Assembly: GCA_965228735.1 (NCBI GenBank)
Contig: OZ245838.1
Span: 896,001-960,000 of the forward strand
Length of the DNA: 64,000 bases
Reading direction: 5' to 3'
Source: Planctomycetota bacterium
Lineage (GTDB): Bacteria; Planctomycetota; UBA1135; UBA2386
Below are positions 48,427 through 58,185 of the stretch, one piece after another. The position numbers and the translations under genes are program-made. Every line of letters starts with the position of its first letter. The stretch's first letter is position 1. The notes under the pieces were generated by a model, which ran no database searches, was not told the origin of the DNA, and saw only the letters and a program-made list of their open reading frames with translations.

Positions 48427-49710
48427 ATGCCGACCACCCGTGTCCGCCGGTCCGTTCTCCTGGCCTTCCTCGTTCTCGCTGGCTGCGCGATGGGCCACGG
48501 TGGGCTCGACCGCGCGCGCCACGACGAGACCAGGCACTGGTTCAAGGGCAACCTCCACACCCATTCGCTGTGGAGCGACGGCAACGACTTCCCCGAGGTG
48601 ATCTCGCGCTGGTACAAGGACCAGGGCTACGACTTCCTCGCGATCTCGGATCACAACCGCCTGCAGGAGGGCGAGCGCTGGATGAAGGTCGACGATGTCG
48701 TCCGCCGCGGCGGCCGGACGGGACTCAAGCGCTATCGCGAGCAGTTCGGGCGCGACTGGGTGCAGACCCGCGAGACCGACGGCAAGCTCGAGGTGCGGCT
48801 CCGGCCGCTGGCCGAGTATCGCGGGCTGCTCGAGGTGCCCGGCGAGTTCCTGCTCGTGCAGAGCGAGGAGATCACCGACAAGTTCACCGTGCACATGAAC
48901 GCGACGAACATCCAGGCGAAGATCGCGCCGCAGGGTGGCGCGAACGTGCGCGACGTGATGCGCAACAACCTGCGCGCGGTCGCCGAGCAGAGCCACGAGC
49001 ACGGCGAGCCGATCGTGCTGCACCTCAATCACCCCAACTTCGGATGGGCGGTGACTGCCGAGGACCTGGCGCACGTGACCGAGGAGAAGTTCTTCGAGAT
49101 CTACAACGGCCACCCGTCCGTGCATCAACGTGGCGACCACGTCCATTGCTCGGTCGAGATGATGTGGGACATCGCCAACACGCTGCGCATCGGCGAGCTG
49201 AGAGCGGAGCCGCTGTTTGGGCTCGGTACGGACGACTCGCACAACTACTTCAACGCCTCGGGGAGCACGCCAGGGCGTGGCTGGGTCATGGTGCGCGCGG
49301 CCGAGCTCACCCCGCGGGCGCTCTGCGAAGCCCTCACGGCGGGGGACTTCTACGCGTCGAGCGGCGTGCTGCTCGACGAGGTCGCGTTCGACGGCAAGTT
49401 CTTGCGGCTCGAGATCGACGCGCAGGATGGCGTGACCTACACGACCGAGTTCCGCGGCACGCGTCGGACGTGGGATCAGACGACCGAGATCGTCGAGCAC
49501 GACGGGCACCGCCACGAGAACGTGACGCGGCGCTACAGCGACGACGTCGGCGAGGTCTTCGCGACCGTCGCGGGCCCGTCGCCGAAGTACGAGCTGGGTG
49601 GCGACGAGCTCTATGTCCGCGCGATCGTCACCGCGAGCATCGCGCCGCAGAACCCGGTATGGGACGGGCAACGGGCGCAGGCCTGGACGCAGCCCGTCGG
49701 CTGGCGGTAG
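48427..49710 (+). CDS. PHP-family metallophosphoesterase, putative lipoprotein
   Basis: KGNLHTHSLWSDG, ISDHN, LNHPNF, GTDDSH; RRSVLL...LAGC signal. Confidence 0.85.
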   Translation: MPTTRVRRSVLLAFLVLAGCAMGHGGLDRARHDETRHWFKGNLHTHSLWSDGNDFPEVISRWYKDQGYDFLAISDHNRLQEGERWMKVDDVVRRGGRTGLKRYREQFGRDWVQTRETDGKLEVRLRPLAEYRGLLEVPGEFLLVQSEEITDKFTVHMNATNIQAKIAPQGGANVRDVMRNNLRAVAEQSHEHGEPIVLHLNHPNFGWAVTAEDLAHVTEEKFFEIYNGHPSVHQRGDHVHCSVEMMWDIANTLRIGELRAEPLFGLGTDDSHNYFNASGSTPGRGWVMVRAAELTPRALCEALTAGDFYASSGVLLDEVAFDGKFLRLEIDAQDGVTYTTEFRGTRRTWDQTTEIVEHDGHRHENVTRRYSDDVGEVFATVAGPSPKYELGGDELYVRAIVTASIAPQNPVWDGQRAQAWTQPVGWR

Positions 49711-49736
49711 GGGTTGCGCCGGGTATCGTCGCGCCG

Positions 49737-50129
49737 ATGCCGAAGTTCCTCCTCGTGATGCGCGGCGACCCGACGATCTGGCAGCAGCGCGAGCCGGCCG
49801 CGATCGAAGAGCTGATCCAGAAGTTCGAATCGTGGGCTGGCCGCATGGTCGGCGCGGGGCGGTTCCTCGACGGCAAGAAGCTCGCCGACGGCGAGGGCGT
49901 CGTGCTGCAGTCGGGCGCTGCGGCCGGTCAGGAGGTCCGCGTCACCGACGGGCCGTTCGGCGAGACCAAGGAGCTCGTCGGCGGCTTCCACCTGATCGAG
50001 GCCGACAGCTACGACCACGCGGTCGAGCTGTGCCGCGATCACCCCGGTCTCTTGCTCGGCAGCATCGAGATCCGCCGCCTGGATCCGATGGGCGAGTCCG
50101 GGGGCGAGTCCGGGGGCGAGAGTGGCTGA
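49737..50129 (+). CDS. YciI family (DGPF) protein
   Basis: VTDGPFGETKELVGGF; C-terminal GESG x3 from a 12-bp repeat. Confidence 0.9.
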   Translation: MPKFLLVMRGDPTIWQQREPAAIEELIQKFESWAGRMVGAGRFLDGKKLADGEGVVLQSGAAAGQEVRVTDGPFGETKELVGGFHLIEADSYDHAVELCRDHPGLLLGSIEIRRLDPMGESGGESGGESG

Positions 50130-50144
50130 AGCCGGCGACGGACT

Positions 50145-51680
50145 TCAGCGCTGGTAGATCTCGGCCGTGGGCAGCCCGCCGCCGACGACGAGGATCGTGC
50201 CGTCGGGCAACGGCACGGTCACCGGGAACGCGCGCGGCGCGCTCATCGCGCCGGTCGGCTGGAGCGTGTTCGGGTTGATCGTGAACACATCGGCCGTGGC
50301 GGTCGGTGCGAACACGAACTGCTGGCTGGCCACGTCGATGGTGAGCTCGAACCCGCCGGCGACGAGGGCGCCGCCGTTCGGCAGCGGTGCGATGGCCGCG
50401 CCGGCGCGACCCTGCTGCAGGCCGGGCACGGTCTGGAACGTTCCGAAGCCGAACGTGCCGACGGTGTAGAGCTGACAGTTCGTGATGGTGCCGAAGATGA
50501 TGTCGAGGATGTTCCCGGTCTGCAGGAACGTCGACAGATCGAGCGAGATGCCGCCCGCGATCAGCACCTTGCCGTTGTCGAGCGCCGTCGCCGTGTGCAG
50601 GAAGCGTCCGCCCTGGAAGAACGCCGGCAGGCCGAAGCCGTTCGTCGCAGGATTGAAGCGATACGCGGTGTTGGACACCGTCGGCAGGTTGATGATCGGG
50701 AGCAGGGTGATGCCGCCGGCGATGAGCACCTGACCGTTCGTGAGCGTCGTGGCGGTGTGCAGCGCGCGCGCTTCGAGCATGTTCGGGCCGTTGGAGAACG
50801 TGCCGGTCTGGGGATCGAAGAACTCCGTCGAGTTCAGCACGCCGGTGAACAGGCTCAGCGGGTTGGTGAGATCGAACGACTGCGAGCCACCGGTGATCAG
50901 CACCCGGCCGTCGTCGAGCAGGCTCGCCCCGTGACCGGCGCGCGCGACCGCCATCGCGATCGTCGTCGTCGTCTGGGCCACGGGATCGTAGATCGCGGCG
51001 GCGGTCGTCGGTTGGCCGGTCACGAGATCGAGGCCGCCGGTGAAGAGCACGCGCCCGTCCGCGAGCGCCGTCGTCTGGCCGAGCAGTCCGACGCCGAACG
51101 TCGTGCCCGCGGCTTCCCATTCCTCGAGCCGCTCGGAGTAGCGCTGCGCGGCCGGGCCGGAGCCGCCGACGAACAGGAAGTCGCCGTCGCCCTCGGGGGC
51201 AGCACCACCGCCGAGGATCGGCAGCACGGGCGCGTTGAGCGCCGGCGCGAACGTGCCGGCGGCCTGTGGCGTGAGGCGCACGAGATTGCTCGCGCGGAAC
51301 GGGCCGATGCCGACGACGGCCTGCAGGGACACGGTCAACGCCGTCAACGCGGGGTCGGGCGGCAGGATCAGGCTCGCCGTCGCCATGCCTTGGGGATCGG
51401 TGTTCGAGAAGAACCCCGGCAGCGTGAACGACGACGCGGCCCAGATGTCGCGGATCTCGAGCGTCAGACCGAGCGCGGGCACGGGCGTCGGTTGTTCGAG
51501 GAAGTCGAACAACACGATGAACGTCTCGTTCGGGTTGGCGACGACGTGGAACGACGCGTCGCCACCGAGCGCGCCGCCGGTCTTGTCCAGGGTCACGTTC
51601 TGGGCGGTCGAGACGGACGCAACAGCGGCGGCGAAGAACGCGGTGCGAGCGGTGGCGAGGGAGCGCATGGCGCGGATCAT
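50145..51680 (-). CDS. Secreted kelch-repeat protein with the shared domain at its N-terminus
   Basis: HTATxLxNGxVLIAGG repeats; TDPQGMATASLILPPDPAL...LQAVV. Confidence 0.85.
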   Translation of the reverse strand: MIRAMRSLATARTAFFAAAVASVSTAQNVTLDKTGGALGGDASFHVVANPNETFIVLFDFLEQPTPVPALGLTLEIRDIWAASSFTLPGFFSNTDPQGMATASLILPPDPALTALTVSLQAVVGIGPFRASNLVRLTPQAAGTFAPALNAPVLPILGGGAAPEGDGDFLFVGGSGPAAQRYSERLEEWEAAGTTFGVGLLGQTTALADGRVLFTGGLDLVTGQPTTAAAIYDPVAQTTTTIAMAVARAGHGASLLDDGRVLITGGSQSFDLTNPLSLFTGVLNSTEFFDPQTGTFSNGPNMLEARALHTATTLTNGQVLIAGGITLLPIINLPTVSNTAYRFNPATNGFGLPAFFQGGRFLHTATALDNGKVLIAGGISLDLSTFLQTGNILDIIFGTITNCQLYTVGTFGFGTFQTVPGLQQGRAGAAIAPLPNGGALVAGGFELTIDVASQQFVFAPTATADVFTINPNTLQPTGAMSAPRAFPVTVPLPDGTILVVGGGLPTAEIYQR

Positions 51681-51936
51681 GCGGCCACCTCGCGCTTGCC
51701 GCCAGCCGGTAGGCTCGCCCGTGCGGTCGACGATTGGGCGGTTACGGCGAGCCGTGACCCGAAACCGGCGATCGTCTCGACCACGGACGCCGCTGTTGCC
51801 GCGTTGGCATGGCGCCGTCGGAAAACCGTCGTGCGTCCGACGCCCGGGGCAGTGGAGGCATGGTCTCGTTCCCGGTAGGCTTCCACACCCCTGCGCGCGA
51901 CCGCCGGTTCACGACCTTCGCCGTACTCGATATCGC

Positions 51937-53724
51937 ATGACGCGACTCTGGTTCCTTTGTCTCACCCTCGCCGTCGCGTTCGCGGCGCCCGCGCAGTCGG
52001 ATCCGACGAGCACGAGTCTCAGCGGCCTCACGTTGTTCAACAACCCGGACTGCGAAGGCGTGCCGCGGCACTGGCAGTGGCCCCTGCCGCCGGACGCGTG
52101 TCATCGCGCGACGGTGCTCAGCATCCTCGGAGAACGCGAACTCGCGCCCGCGGTGCGGCCGTTCTCCTACGTCACGGGCCACACGGACCCGGCGACCGGC
52201 CGCGAGTTCGCGCTGCTGAGCGCGATCAACGGCCTCGTGATCGTCGATACGCACGTGATCTCCGAGTTCGGGCCGACGCGACTCGTGCCGAACTACTGGG
52301 TGCTGCTCGACGGCGTGCAGGCGGTGCATCGCGGGACCGCGTCGTTCGGTGAGTACGTCTACGAATCGAATGCCTTTCGACCGTCGCTGCGCGTCGCGCG
52401 CGTCGACGTCGTGCCGGGCCCGACGACGAGCGTGTCGGTGACGCAGCTGCCCGACGTGCCGCTGCCGGCGATCGGAACGTCGTATCGCCTGACCGTCGAT
52501 CGTGAGCGGGGCCACCTCTACGTGCCGACGATCAACGGCCTGTTCATCTACGACGTCAACGGCACGAACGGCGCGACGCCGCAGCTGCTCGCGGTGTGGA
52601 AGGGCTGGTTGCCCGGCGGCGGCATCGTGCCGTCGTTCGACGTGCATCTGCAGCGGGACGGCGCCACGACGCGGGCGATCGTGTCGGAGTATCTGTCGAC
52701 GGCCGCGACCCACATCTCCATCCTGGACGTGACGAATCTGCCGGTTGGCAGCCCGCCCGTCGATCCCTGGACGCCGACCAACTGGTGCTCGTTCGTCGCC
52801 GGCTTGCCGATGTCGGGCGCGGCGCACAGCGCCTGGATGACGAAGGACGGGCGCTACCTGTACAGCTCGCTCGGTGACGTCGTGACGGTGCCCTACGACA
52901 TGCTGGGCTTTCCGTTCTACAACGCCAACCGGGTGTTGACGATCTCGGAGGGGCCGCCGCGCGTGCCGCTCACGGGGTCGAACCCGACGAGCTACGTGAC
53001 GTGGCCGCAGTCTCCGATGCGTCAGATGGCGATGCTCGGACTCGGATACACGGCCTACGTGTCGTCCTGGGAGGATGGACTCGTCGTCTACGATGCGCGG
53101 CCGACCAACACCGATCCGAATCAGATCCTCGCGTCGGTCGACACGTGCTTCAGCTCGTCGAGTCAGCCGTACGGCGGGCCGACGTGGCACACGCTGTATC
53201 CCGGCGCATTCGCCGTCCACCGGTCGCAGGACTCGGGGGTGATCTACGTCAGCGACGAGACCAACGGGCTGTTCCTCGTGCGGCTCAACGTCGGGCACGT
53301 GCACCGCTTCGGCCAGGGTGTCGGCGAGCTTCACAACGGTGAGGTGCTCGTGCCGAGGATCGTCTCGGACCAGGCCCCGCCGCGGCAGCATCCGGGCTGG
53401 AACCCCGACCCGGACCAGAAGCTCACGGTCGAGAATCTCGTGCCCGGCCGCGCCGTCCTCGTGCTGGCTGGCACGGAGGGCCGCGTGTCACCGTTGCCGT
53501 TCCCGACCGCGGCCGGCCCGTGCCTCAACTACCTCGGCGGGTTCGTCACCCAGACGCCGATCTTCCTGACTGCGGATGCGTCGGGAACGGCCAAGCTGCC
53601 GCTGCCGCCGGGTCTTCCGGAGCAGTTCCGGCTGTTCGTGCAGGCGTGGTCGTTCGTGCCGAGCACGACGACGTGCATGGCGAGCACGCGCGGGACGTTC
53701 TTCGGCATCGCTCGGCCCCGCTAG
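51937..53724 (+). CDS. Secreted LVIVD-like beta-propeller protein with the shared C-terminal domain
   Basis: GREFALL..NGLVIVD, ISILDVT, HSAW..DGRYLY, SWEDGLVVYD, VSD..NGLF; start 51937. Confidence 0.75.
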   Translation: MTRLWFLCLTLAVAFAAPAQSDPTSTSLSGLTLFNNPDCEGVPRHWQWPLPPDACHRATVLSILGERELAPAVRPFSYVTGHTDPATGREFALLSAINGLVIVDTHVISEFGPTRLVPNYWVLLDGVQAVHRGTASFGEYVYESNAFRPSLRVARVDVVPGPTTSVSVTQLPDVPLPAIGTSYRLTVDRERGHLYVPTINGLFIYDVNGTNGATPQLLAVWKGWLPGGGIVPSFDVHLQRDGATTRAIVSEYLSTAATHISILDVTNLPVGSPPVDPWTPTNWCSFVAGLPMSGAAHSAWMTKDGRYLYSSLGDVVTVPYDMLGFPFYNANRVLTISEGPPRVPLTGSNPTSYVTWPQSPMRQMAMLGLGYTAYVSSWEDGLVVYDARPTNTDPNQILASVDTCFSSSSQPYGGPTWHTLYPGAFAVHRSQDSGVIYVSDETNGLFLVRLNVGHVHRFGQGVGELHNGEVLVPRIVSDQAPPRQHPGWNPDPDQKLTVENLVPGRAVLVLAGTEGRVSPLPFPTAAGPCLNYLGGFVTQTPIFLTADASGTAKLPLPPGLPEQFRLFVQAWSFVPSTTTCMASTRGTFFGIARPR

Positions 53725-53895
53725 CCGCAGCGGCCCGGTCAGCGGTCCCGGCAGCGTCTCGCGGCGACGTGGCGGTGCCCGCCCCGGGCGCCCGGTGTCA
53801 ATGCGGGTGAATCGAAACGGCGGGTCGCTACACTGCTCCGCCCGCCCGACCGGGCCACCCGATCGCCCGCCCGCTTCGAGACCGACACCGACCCC

Positions 53896-55347
53896 GTGAC
53901 CGCCGAACGTCCGCGTTACCACCTGACCAGCTACGGCTGTCAGATGAACAAGCTCGACAGCGAGCTCGTCGAGAGCAAGCTCCAGCAACGCGGTTACGCG
54001 CCCGCCGCGACGGAGGACGAGGCCTCGGTCGTCCTCGTGAACACGTGCAGCGTGCGGCAGCACGCCGAGGACCGCGTGTGGTCCAAACTCGGCAAGCTGC
54101 GGATCCGCAAGCGCACCGACCCGGGCCTCGTGGTCGGCGTTCTCGGTTGCATGGCCCAGGAGCACAAGCGCTACATGCTGGCGCGGATGCCGCACGTCGA
54201 CCTCGTCGTCGGGCCGTCGGCGTTCGGCGACATCGACGCGACGGTCGAGCAGGCGCGGAGCAAGAACGCGGACCTCGTTCGCGAACGCGAACCGGCCCGC
54301 ACCAAGCACGACGTGGCCGGTGCAGGGGTGGTCGTGGTCGGCGACGGCACGAGCGGCGACACGATCCGACGGAACGTGAGGGTGCGGCCGCATCGTTCGC
54401 AGGCGTTCGTCTCCGTGATGCGCGGCTGCAACATGCCGTGCACCTACTGCATCGTGCCGTCGACGCGTGGGGACGAGATCTCGCGCCCGATCCCGGACAT
54501 CGTCGAGGAAGCGCAGCGGCTCGTGGACGACGGCGTCACGGAGATCACGTTGCTGGGTCAGACGGTCAACGCCTACGGGCGTGACCTCAAGGGGCAGGAT
54601 GCGACGCTCGCGCGGTTGCTGCGGGCGCTGCACGAGATCCCCGCGCTGCGCCGGCTCGCGTTCATCACGTCGCACCCGAACTTCCTCAACCAGGAGCTCA
54701 TCGACGCGATGGCGGAGCTGCCGCGCGTCGCCCGCTACCTGCATCTGCCGGCGCAGTCCGGCAGCAACGCGGTGCTGAAGACCATGCGGCGGGGCTACAC
54801 CGTCGAGCGCTACAGAAAGCGCGTCGGCCAGCTGCTCGAGAAGGCACCGGACTTCGAGCTCCACAGCGACTGGATCGTCGGCTACCCGGGCGAGACCGCG
54901 GCGGACTTCGATGCGACGGTGCAGTTCGTGCAGGACATCGGGTTCGCACAGAGCTACGTCTTCAAGTACTCGCCACGGCCCGGGACGATTGCGGCCGAGC
55001 TGCCGGACGACGTGCCGACCGCCGAGAAGGAGCGCCGCAACCAGGTGCTGCTCGAGGTGCAGGGCGAGCTCACGGCCGCGCGCAACCGCGCTCTCGTCGG
55101 GCAGCAGGTCGAGGTGCTCGTCGAGGGCGAGAGCAAGGTCGCGGGTCGCGTCAGCGGCCGCACGGTGCATCACCGACTCGTGCACTTCCCGCCGCCGCGG
55201 GGGCAGGCGATCGCGGACCTCGTGGGCGAGTACGTGACCGTCCAGGTCACGGAGGCGCTCGCGCACTCGGTCGTCGGTGAGGTCGTCGCCCAACAGGATC
55301 TGGAGCAGGACCTGCGGCGCGGCGTCGAGTCCGAGGCGACGCAGTGA
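53896..55347 (+). CDS. miaB: tRNA-2-methylthio-N6-dimethylallyladenosine synthase MiaB
   Basis: YGCQMN..DSE, NTCSVR, GCMAQ, CNMPCTYC, LLGQTVN, TRAM domain. Confidence 0.95.
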   Translation: MTAERPRYHLTSYGCQMNKLDSELVESKLQQRGYAPAATEDEASVVLVNTCSVRQHAEDRVWSKLGKLRIRKRTDPGLVVGVLGCMAQEHKRYMLARMPHVDLVVGPSAFGDIDATVEQARSKNADLVREREPARTKHDVAGAGVVVVGDGTSGDTIRRNVRVRPHRSQAFVSVMRGCNMPCTYCIVPSTRGDEISRPIPDIVEEAQRLVDDGVTEITLLGQTVNAYGRDLKGQDATLARLLRALHEIPALRRLAFITSHPNFLNQELIDAMAELPRVARYLHLPAQSGSNAVLKTMRRGYTVERYRKRVGQLLEKAPDFELHSDWIVGYPGETAADFDATVQFVQDIGFAQSYVFKYSPRPGTIAAELPDDVPTAEKERRNQVLLEVQGELTAARNRALVGQQVEVLVEGESKVAGRVSGRTVHHRLVHFPPPRGQAIADLVGEYVTVQVTEALAHSVVGEVVAQQDLEQDLRRGVESEATQ

Positions 55348-56447
55348 ACTACGAGGCCTTGATGGCCGAGGCGCTCGAGTTGGCGCAGCGCGGCCGGTTT
55401 CAGGTCGAGCCGAATCCGCGCGTGGGCTGCATCCTGCTGCGCGGCGGCGAGGTCGTCGGTCGCGGTTGGCACGAGTTCTTCGGCGGCCGTCACGCCGAGG
55501 CGATGGCGCTCGACGAAGCGGCCGGCGCCGAGCCGGACACGGCCGTCGTGACGCTCGAGCCCTGTTCGTCGGAGAAGGGTGAGCACGGCAAGAAGACCGC
55601 GCCGTGCGCTCAGGCGCTCATCGACGCCGGCATCCAGAAGGTCGTGATCGGCAGCACGGATCCCAATCCGCGGCACCGCCGGGCGGGCATCGAGCGGCTC
55701 GAGAACGCGGGTGTCGAGGTCGTCGACGGTGTGCTCGCTTCGAAGTGCGACGCGAGCACGGCGCTGTTCCGCAAGGCGCTCGAGCTCGAACGGCCGTGGG
55801 TGCTCGCGAAGTGGGCGATGACCCTCGACGGCAAGACGGCCGCGCCGACGGGTGAAGCCCGCTGGATCTCGGGGCCCGAGGCCCGGCGCCGGACTCACGA
55901 ACTGCGGGCGCGGTGCGGCGGCGTCATGGTCGGGTTTCGCACGGCGCAGATCGACGATCCGGAGCTCACCGTTCGCCACGTCGAGGGCGAGCAGCCGATC
56001 CGCATCGTCGTCGACCCGCTCGGCGAGGTCGACGACGACAGCAACCTCGTGCGCACGGCGACCGAGCTGCCGACCTGGCTGCTCGCGAGCGAAGACGTCG
56101 ACCCGCGCCGCAGCGGCGTGCTGTCGGACCACGGCGTGCAGGTGATCCACGTGCCGACCGCGGAGGGCCCGCGCCGGCTGCACCTCGGTCAGGCGCTCAA
56201 GGAGCTGCACCGCCGCGGCCTGCGCCGCCTCCTGGTCGAAGGCGGCGGCGGCCTCGTCGCCCAGCTCTTCGCGTGGAACTGCGTCGACCAGGTGCTCGCG
56301 TTCGTGGCCCCGAAGATCATCGGCGGCAAGACCTCACCGACCCCGGTCGCCGGCGACGGCCGCCCGTTCATGGCCGAAGCCTGGCAACTCCGCGACGTCG
56401 CGTTCCAGCCCTGCGAAGAGGACATCGCGATCCAAGGCTTCCTCTAA
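55344..56447 (+). CDS. ribD: Bifunctional riboflavin biosynthesis deaminase/reductase RibD
   Basis: PNPRVG, HAE, TLEPC...PC, KWAMTLDGK, VEGGG. Confidence 0.95.
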   Translation: MNYEALMAEALELAQRGRFQVEPNPRVGCILLRGGEVVGRGWHEFFGGRHAEAMALDEAAGAEPDTAVVTLEPCSSEKGEHGKKTAPCAQALIDAGIQKVVIGSTDPNPRHRRAGIERLENAGVEVVDGVLASKCDASTALFRKALELERPWVLAKWAMTLDGKTAAPTGEARWISGPEARRRTHELRARCGGVMVGFRTAQIDDPELTVRHVEGEQPIRIVVDPLGEVDDDSNLVRTATELPTWLLASEDVDPRRSGVLSDHGVQVIHVPTAEGPRRLHLGQALKELHRRGLRRLLVEGGGGLVAQLFAWNCVDQVLAFVAPKIIGGKTSPTPVAGDGRPFMAEAWQLRDVAFQPCEEDIAIQGFL

Positions 56448-56482
56448 GGGTTGGGTACGGTGTCTGGCACGAACAACAACCC
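56448..56482. terminator. Hairpin between convergent genes
   Basis: gggttg...caaccc closing stem; weak. Confidence 0.3.
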
Positions 56483-56488
56483 GTAGGT

Positions 56489-58030
56489 TCACTTCAGGAC
56501 GACGACCGGGCTCTGGATGCCGGTGCGGCCGATGCCCGAGACTGCGATTGCGCGGTAGCCCGCCGGGATCGTGCAGCGGCCGTGGTCGGCGCCGACGACG
56601 CTCGCCGTGTGCCAGCCGAGCGTGTCGAGGACCTGCACCGCGACGAAGCGGGTGTCACGATCCGGCGGCCAGCGCACGGTGACGCCGTCGCTGCCGCGCT
56701 CGAGGCGGGCCTTCGGTTTCGGCGGTGCGGTCGTTCCGAGCCACGGGGACTCGGGCGCGATCGCGAGTTCGCCGTAGAGGCGTTTGCGCAGCGCGCCGCC
56801 GACGTTGGGTGCGTCGGTGCGCAGCGCCTTGAAGCTGAAGTGGACGTGACCCAGTGACACCTGACCGTTCCTGCCCTCGCCGCGGATCAATTCGATCTGG
56901 TCCGTGAGCTCGTTCGGTCGGCACGGCGGCTTCTGCTGCAGGCACCGCCCCGGGTTGATGCCGGGCCAGACGTGGCGGTAGATCACGTTCTTGCGGTGCC
57001 AGTAGCGCAGCAGGACGGGGAAGCTCTGCGGCTTCTGGTCGATCGGCCAGTAGAGCTGCGGTGCGAGATAGTCGAGCCAGCCCTGCCGCAGCCAGTGCGG
57101 CACATCGGCGTAGAGATCCTCGTATTGATCGATGCCGGCCTTGATGCCGGCGGGCTCGCCGGGGCGCGCGATGCCGAACGGGCTGATGCCGACCTGCACC
57201 CAGGACTTCTCGTCGTGCACGTTCTCGTAGAGGTCGCGGACGAAGTCGTCGATGTTCTGCCGCCGCCAGTCCGACCGCCCGAGTTTGCCGCCGCGCGCGC
57301 GATAGCCGGCGTAGCTGCGCTCGTCGTCGAACTTCACCCCGCGCACCGGGTACGGATAGAAGTAGTCGTCGATGTGCACGCCGTCGACGTCGTAGCGCCG
57401 CACGACGTCGAGGATCACGCGCATCGACCACTCGCGCGCCTTGGGATCGCCCGGGTCCATCCATTCGTACGACCCGAACTTCACGCACGCCTCCGGCAGG
57501 ACGCGGCGGACGCTCGACCGATCGGGCGGCGACTTGCCGCTCGGGTGACCGCAGCGGAACGGATTGAACCACGCGTGCAGTTCGAGTCCGTGGCGGTGGC
57601 AGCGATCGATCACGTACTCGAGCGGATCCCAGTCCGTGCCCGGCGCCCGGCCCTGCTTGCCGGTCAGCCACTCCGACCACGGCTCGAGCACCGAACGGTA
57701 CATCGCGTCGGCTGCCGGGCGGACCTGGAACACGAGCGCGTTCAGCCGGAGTTCGGCCGCGCGGTCGACGATCGCGTCGAGCTCGGCCCGGGCCGCAGCC
57801 GTCGAGAGCCCGGGGCGTGACGGCCAGTCAATGTTGGCGACCGTCGCGACCCACGCGGCGCGGAACTCGCGGAGGAGCGGCGGTGGCGTCTCACGTCGTT
57901 GCGCCGCTGCGGGTTCGGTGCACGCGGACAACGTCAGAGCCAGCCCGAGCACCAGCAGCAGCCAGCTCGGTGGCCGGCCCGCGAGTCGCGAGAGTCGTGA
58001 GGAGAACCAGTTGCGCCGCCACCCAGCCAT
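56489..58030 (-). CDS. Glycoside hydrolase-like 10 (DUF187, YddW/DigH-like) lipoprotein
   Basis: EFRAAWVATVANIDWP, QVRP..DA.Y, HAWFNPFR, YDVDGVHIDDYFYPY, GISPFGI, APQLYW; LSAC lipobox; start uncertain. Confidence 0.9.
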   Translation of the reverse strand: MAGWRRNWFSSRLSRLAGRPPSWLLLVLGLALTLSACTEPAAAQRRETPPPLLREFRAAWVATVANIDWPSRPGLSTAAARAELDAIVDRAAELRLNALVFQVRPAADAMYRSVLEPWSEWLTGKQGRAPGTDWDPLEYVIDRCHRHGLELHAWFNPFRCGHPSGKSPPDRSSVRRVLPEACVKFGSYEWMDPGDPKAREWSMRVILDVVRRYDVDGVHIDDYFYPYPVRGVKFDDERSYAGYRARGGKLGRSDWRRQNIDDFVRDLYENVHDEKSWVQVGISPFGIARPGEPAGIKAGIDQYEDLYADVPHWLRQGWLDYLAPQLYWPIDQKPQSFPVLLRYWHRKNVIYRHVWPGINPGRCLQQKPPCRPNELTDQIELIRGEGRNGQVSLGHVHFSFKALRTDAPNVGGALRKRLYGELAIAPESPWLGTTAPPKPKARLERGSDGVTVRWPPDRDTRFVAVQVLDTLGWHTASVVGADHGRCTIPAGYRAIAVSGIGRTGIQSPVVVLK

Positions 58031-58185
58031 CGTCGCCCGATTGTCGGTCAACCGAGTGACGGACGCCACCGGATGTTGCGAGCAACTCGGGCAAAACCGG
58101 GCAACTGCATGCAGGCCCATCGGCCGCTACGTTCTGCACTCCCGTGAGGCCTCGAATAGTTCGACCGCCCCACGCAGGATCCACG

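Noticed and set aside
49737..50129. YciI as part of an ECF sigma-factor module
   Set aside because: No sigma factor gene adjacent in the window.
58081..58110. Roughly 10-bp-period gcaa(c/a) direct repeats upstream of the TPR operon as an operator
   Set aside because: Too short and degenerate to support without comparative data.
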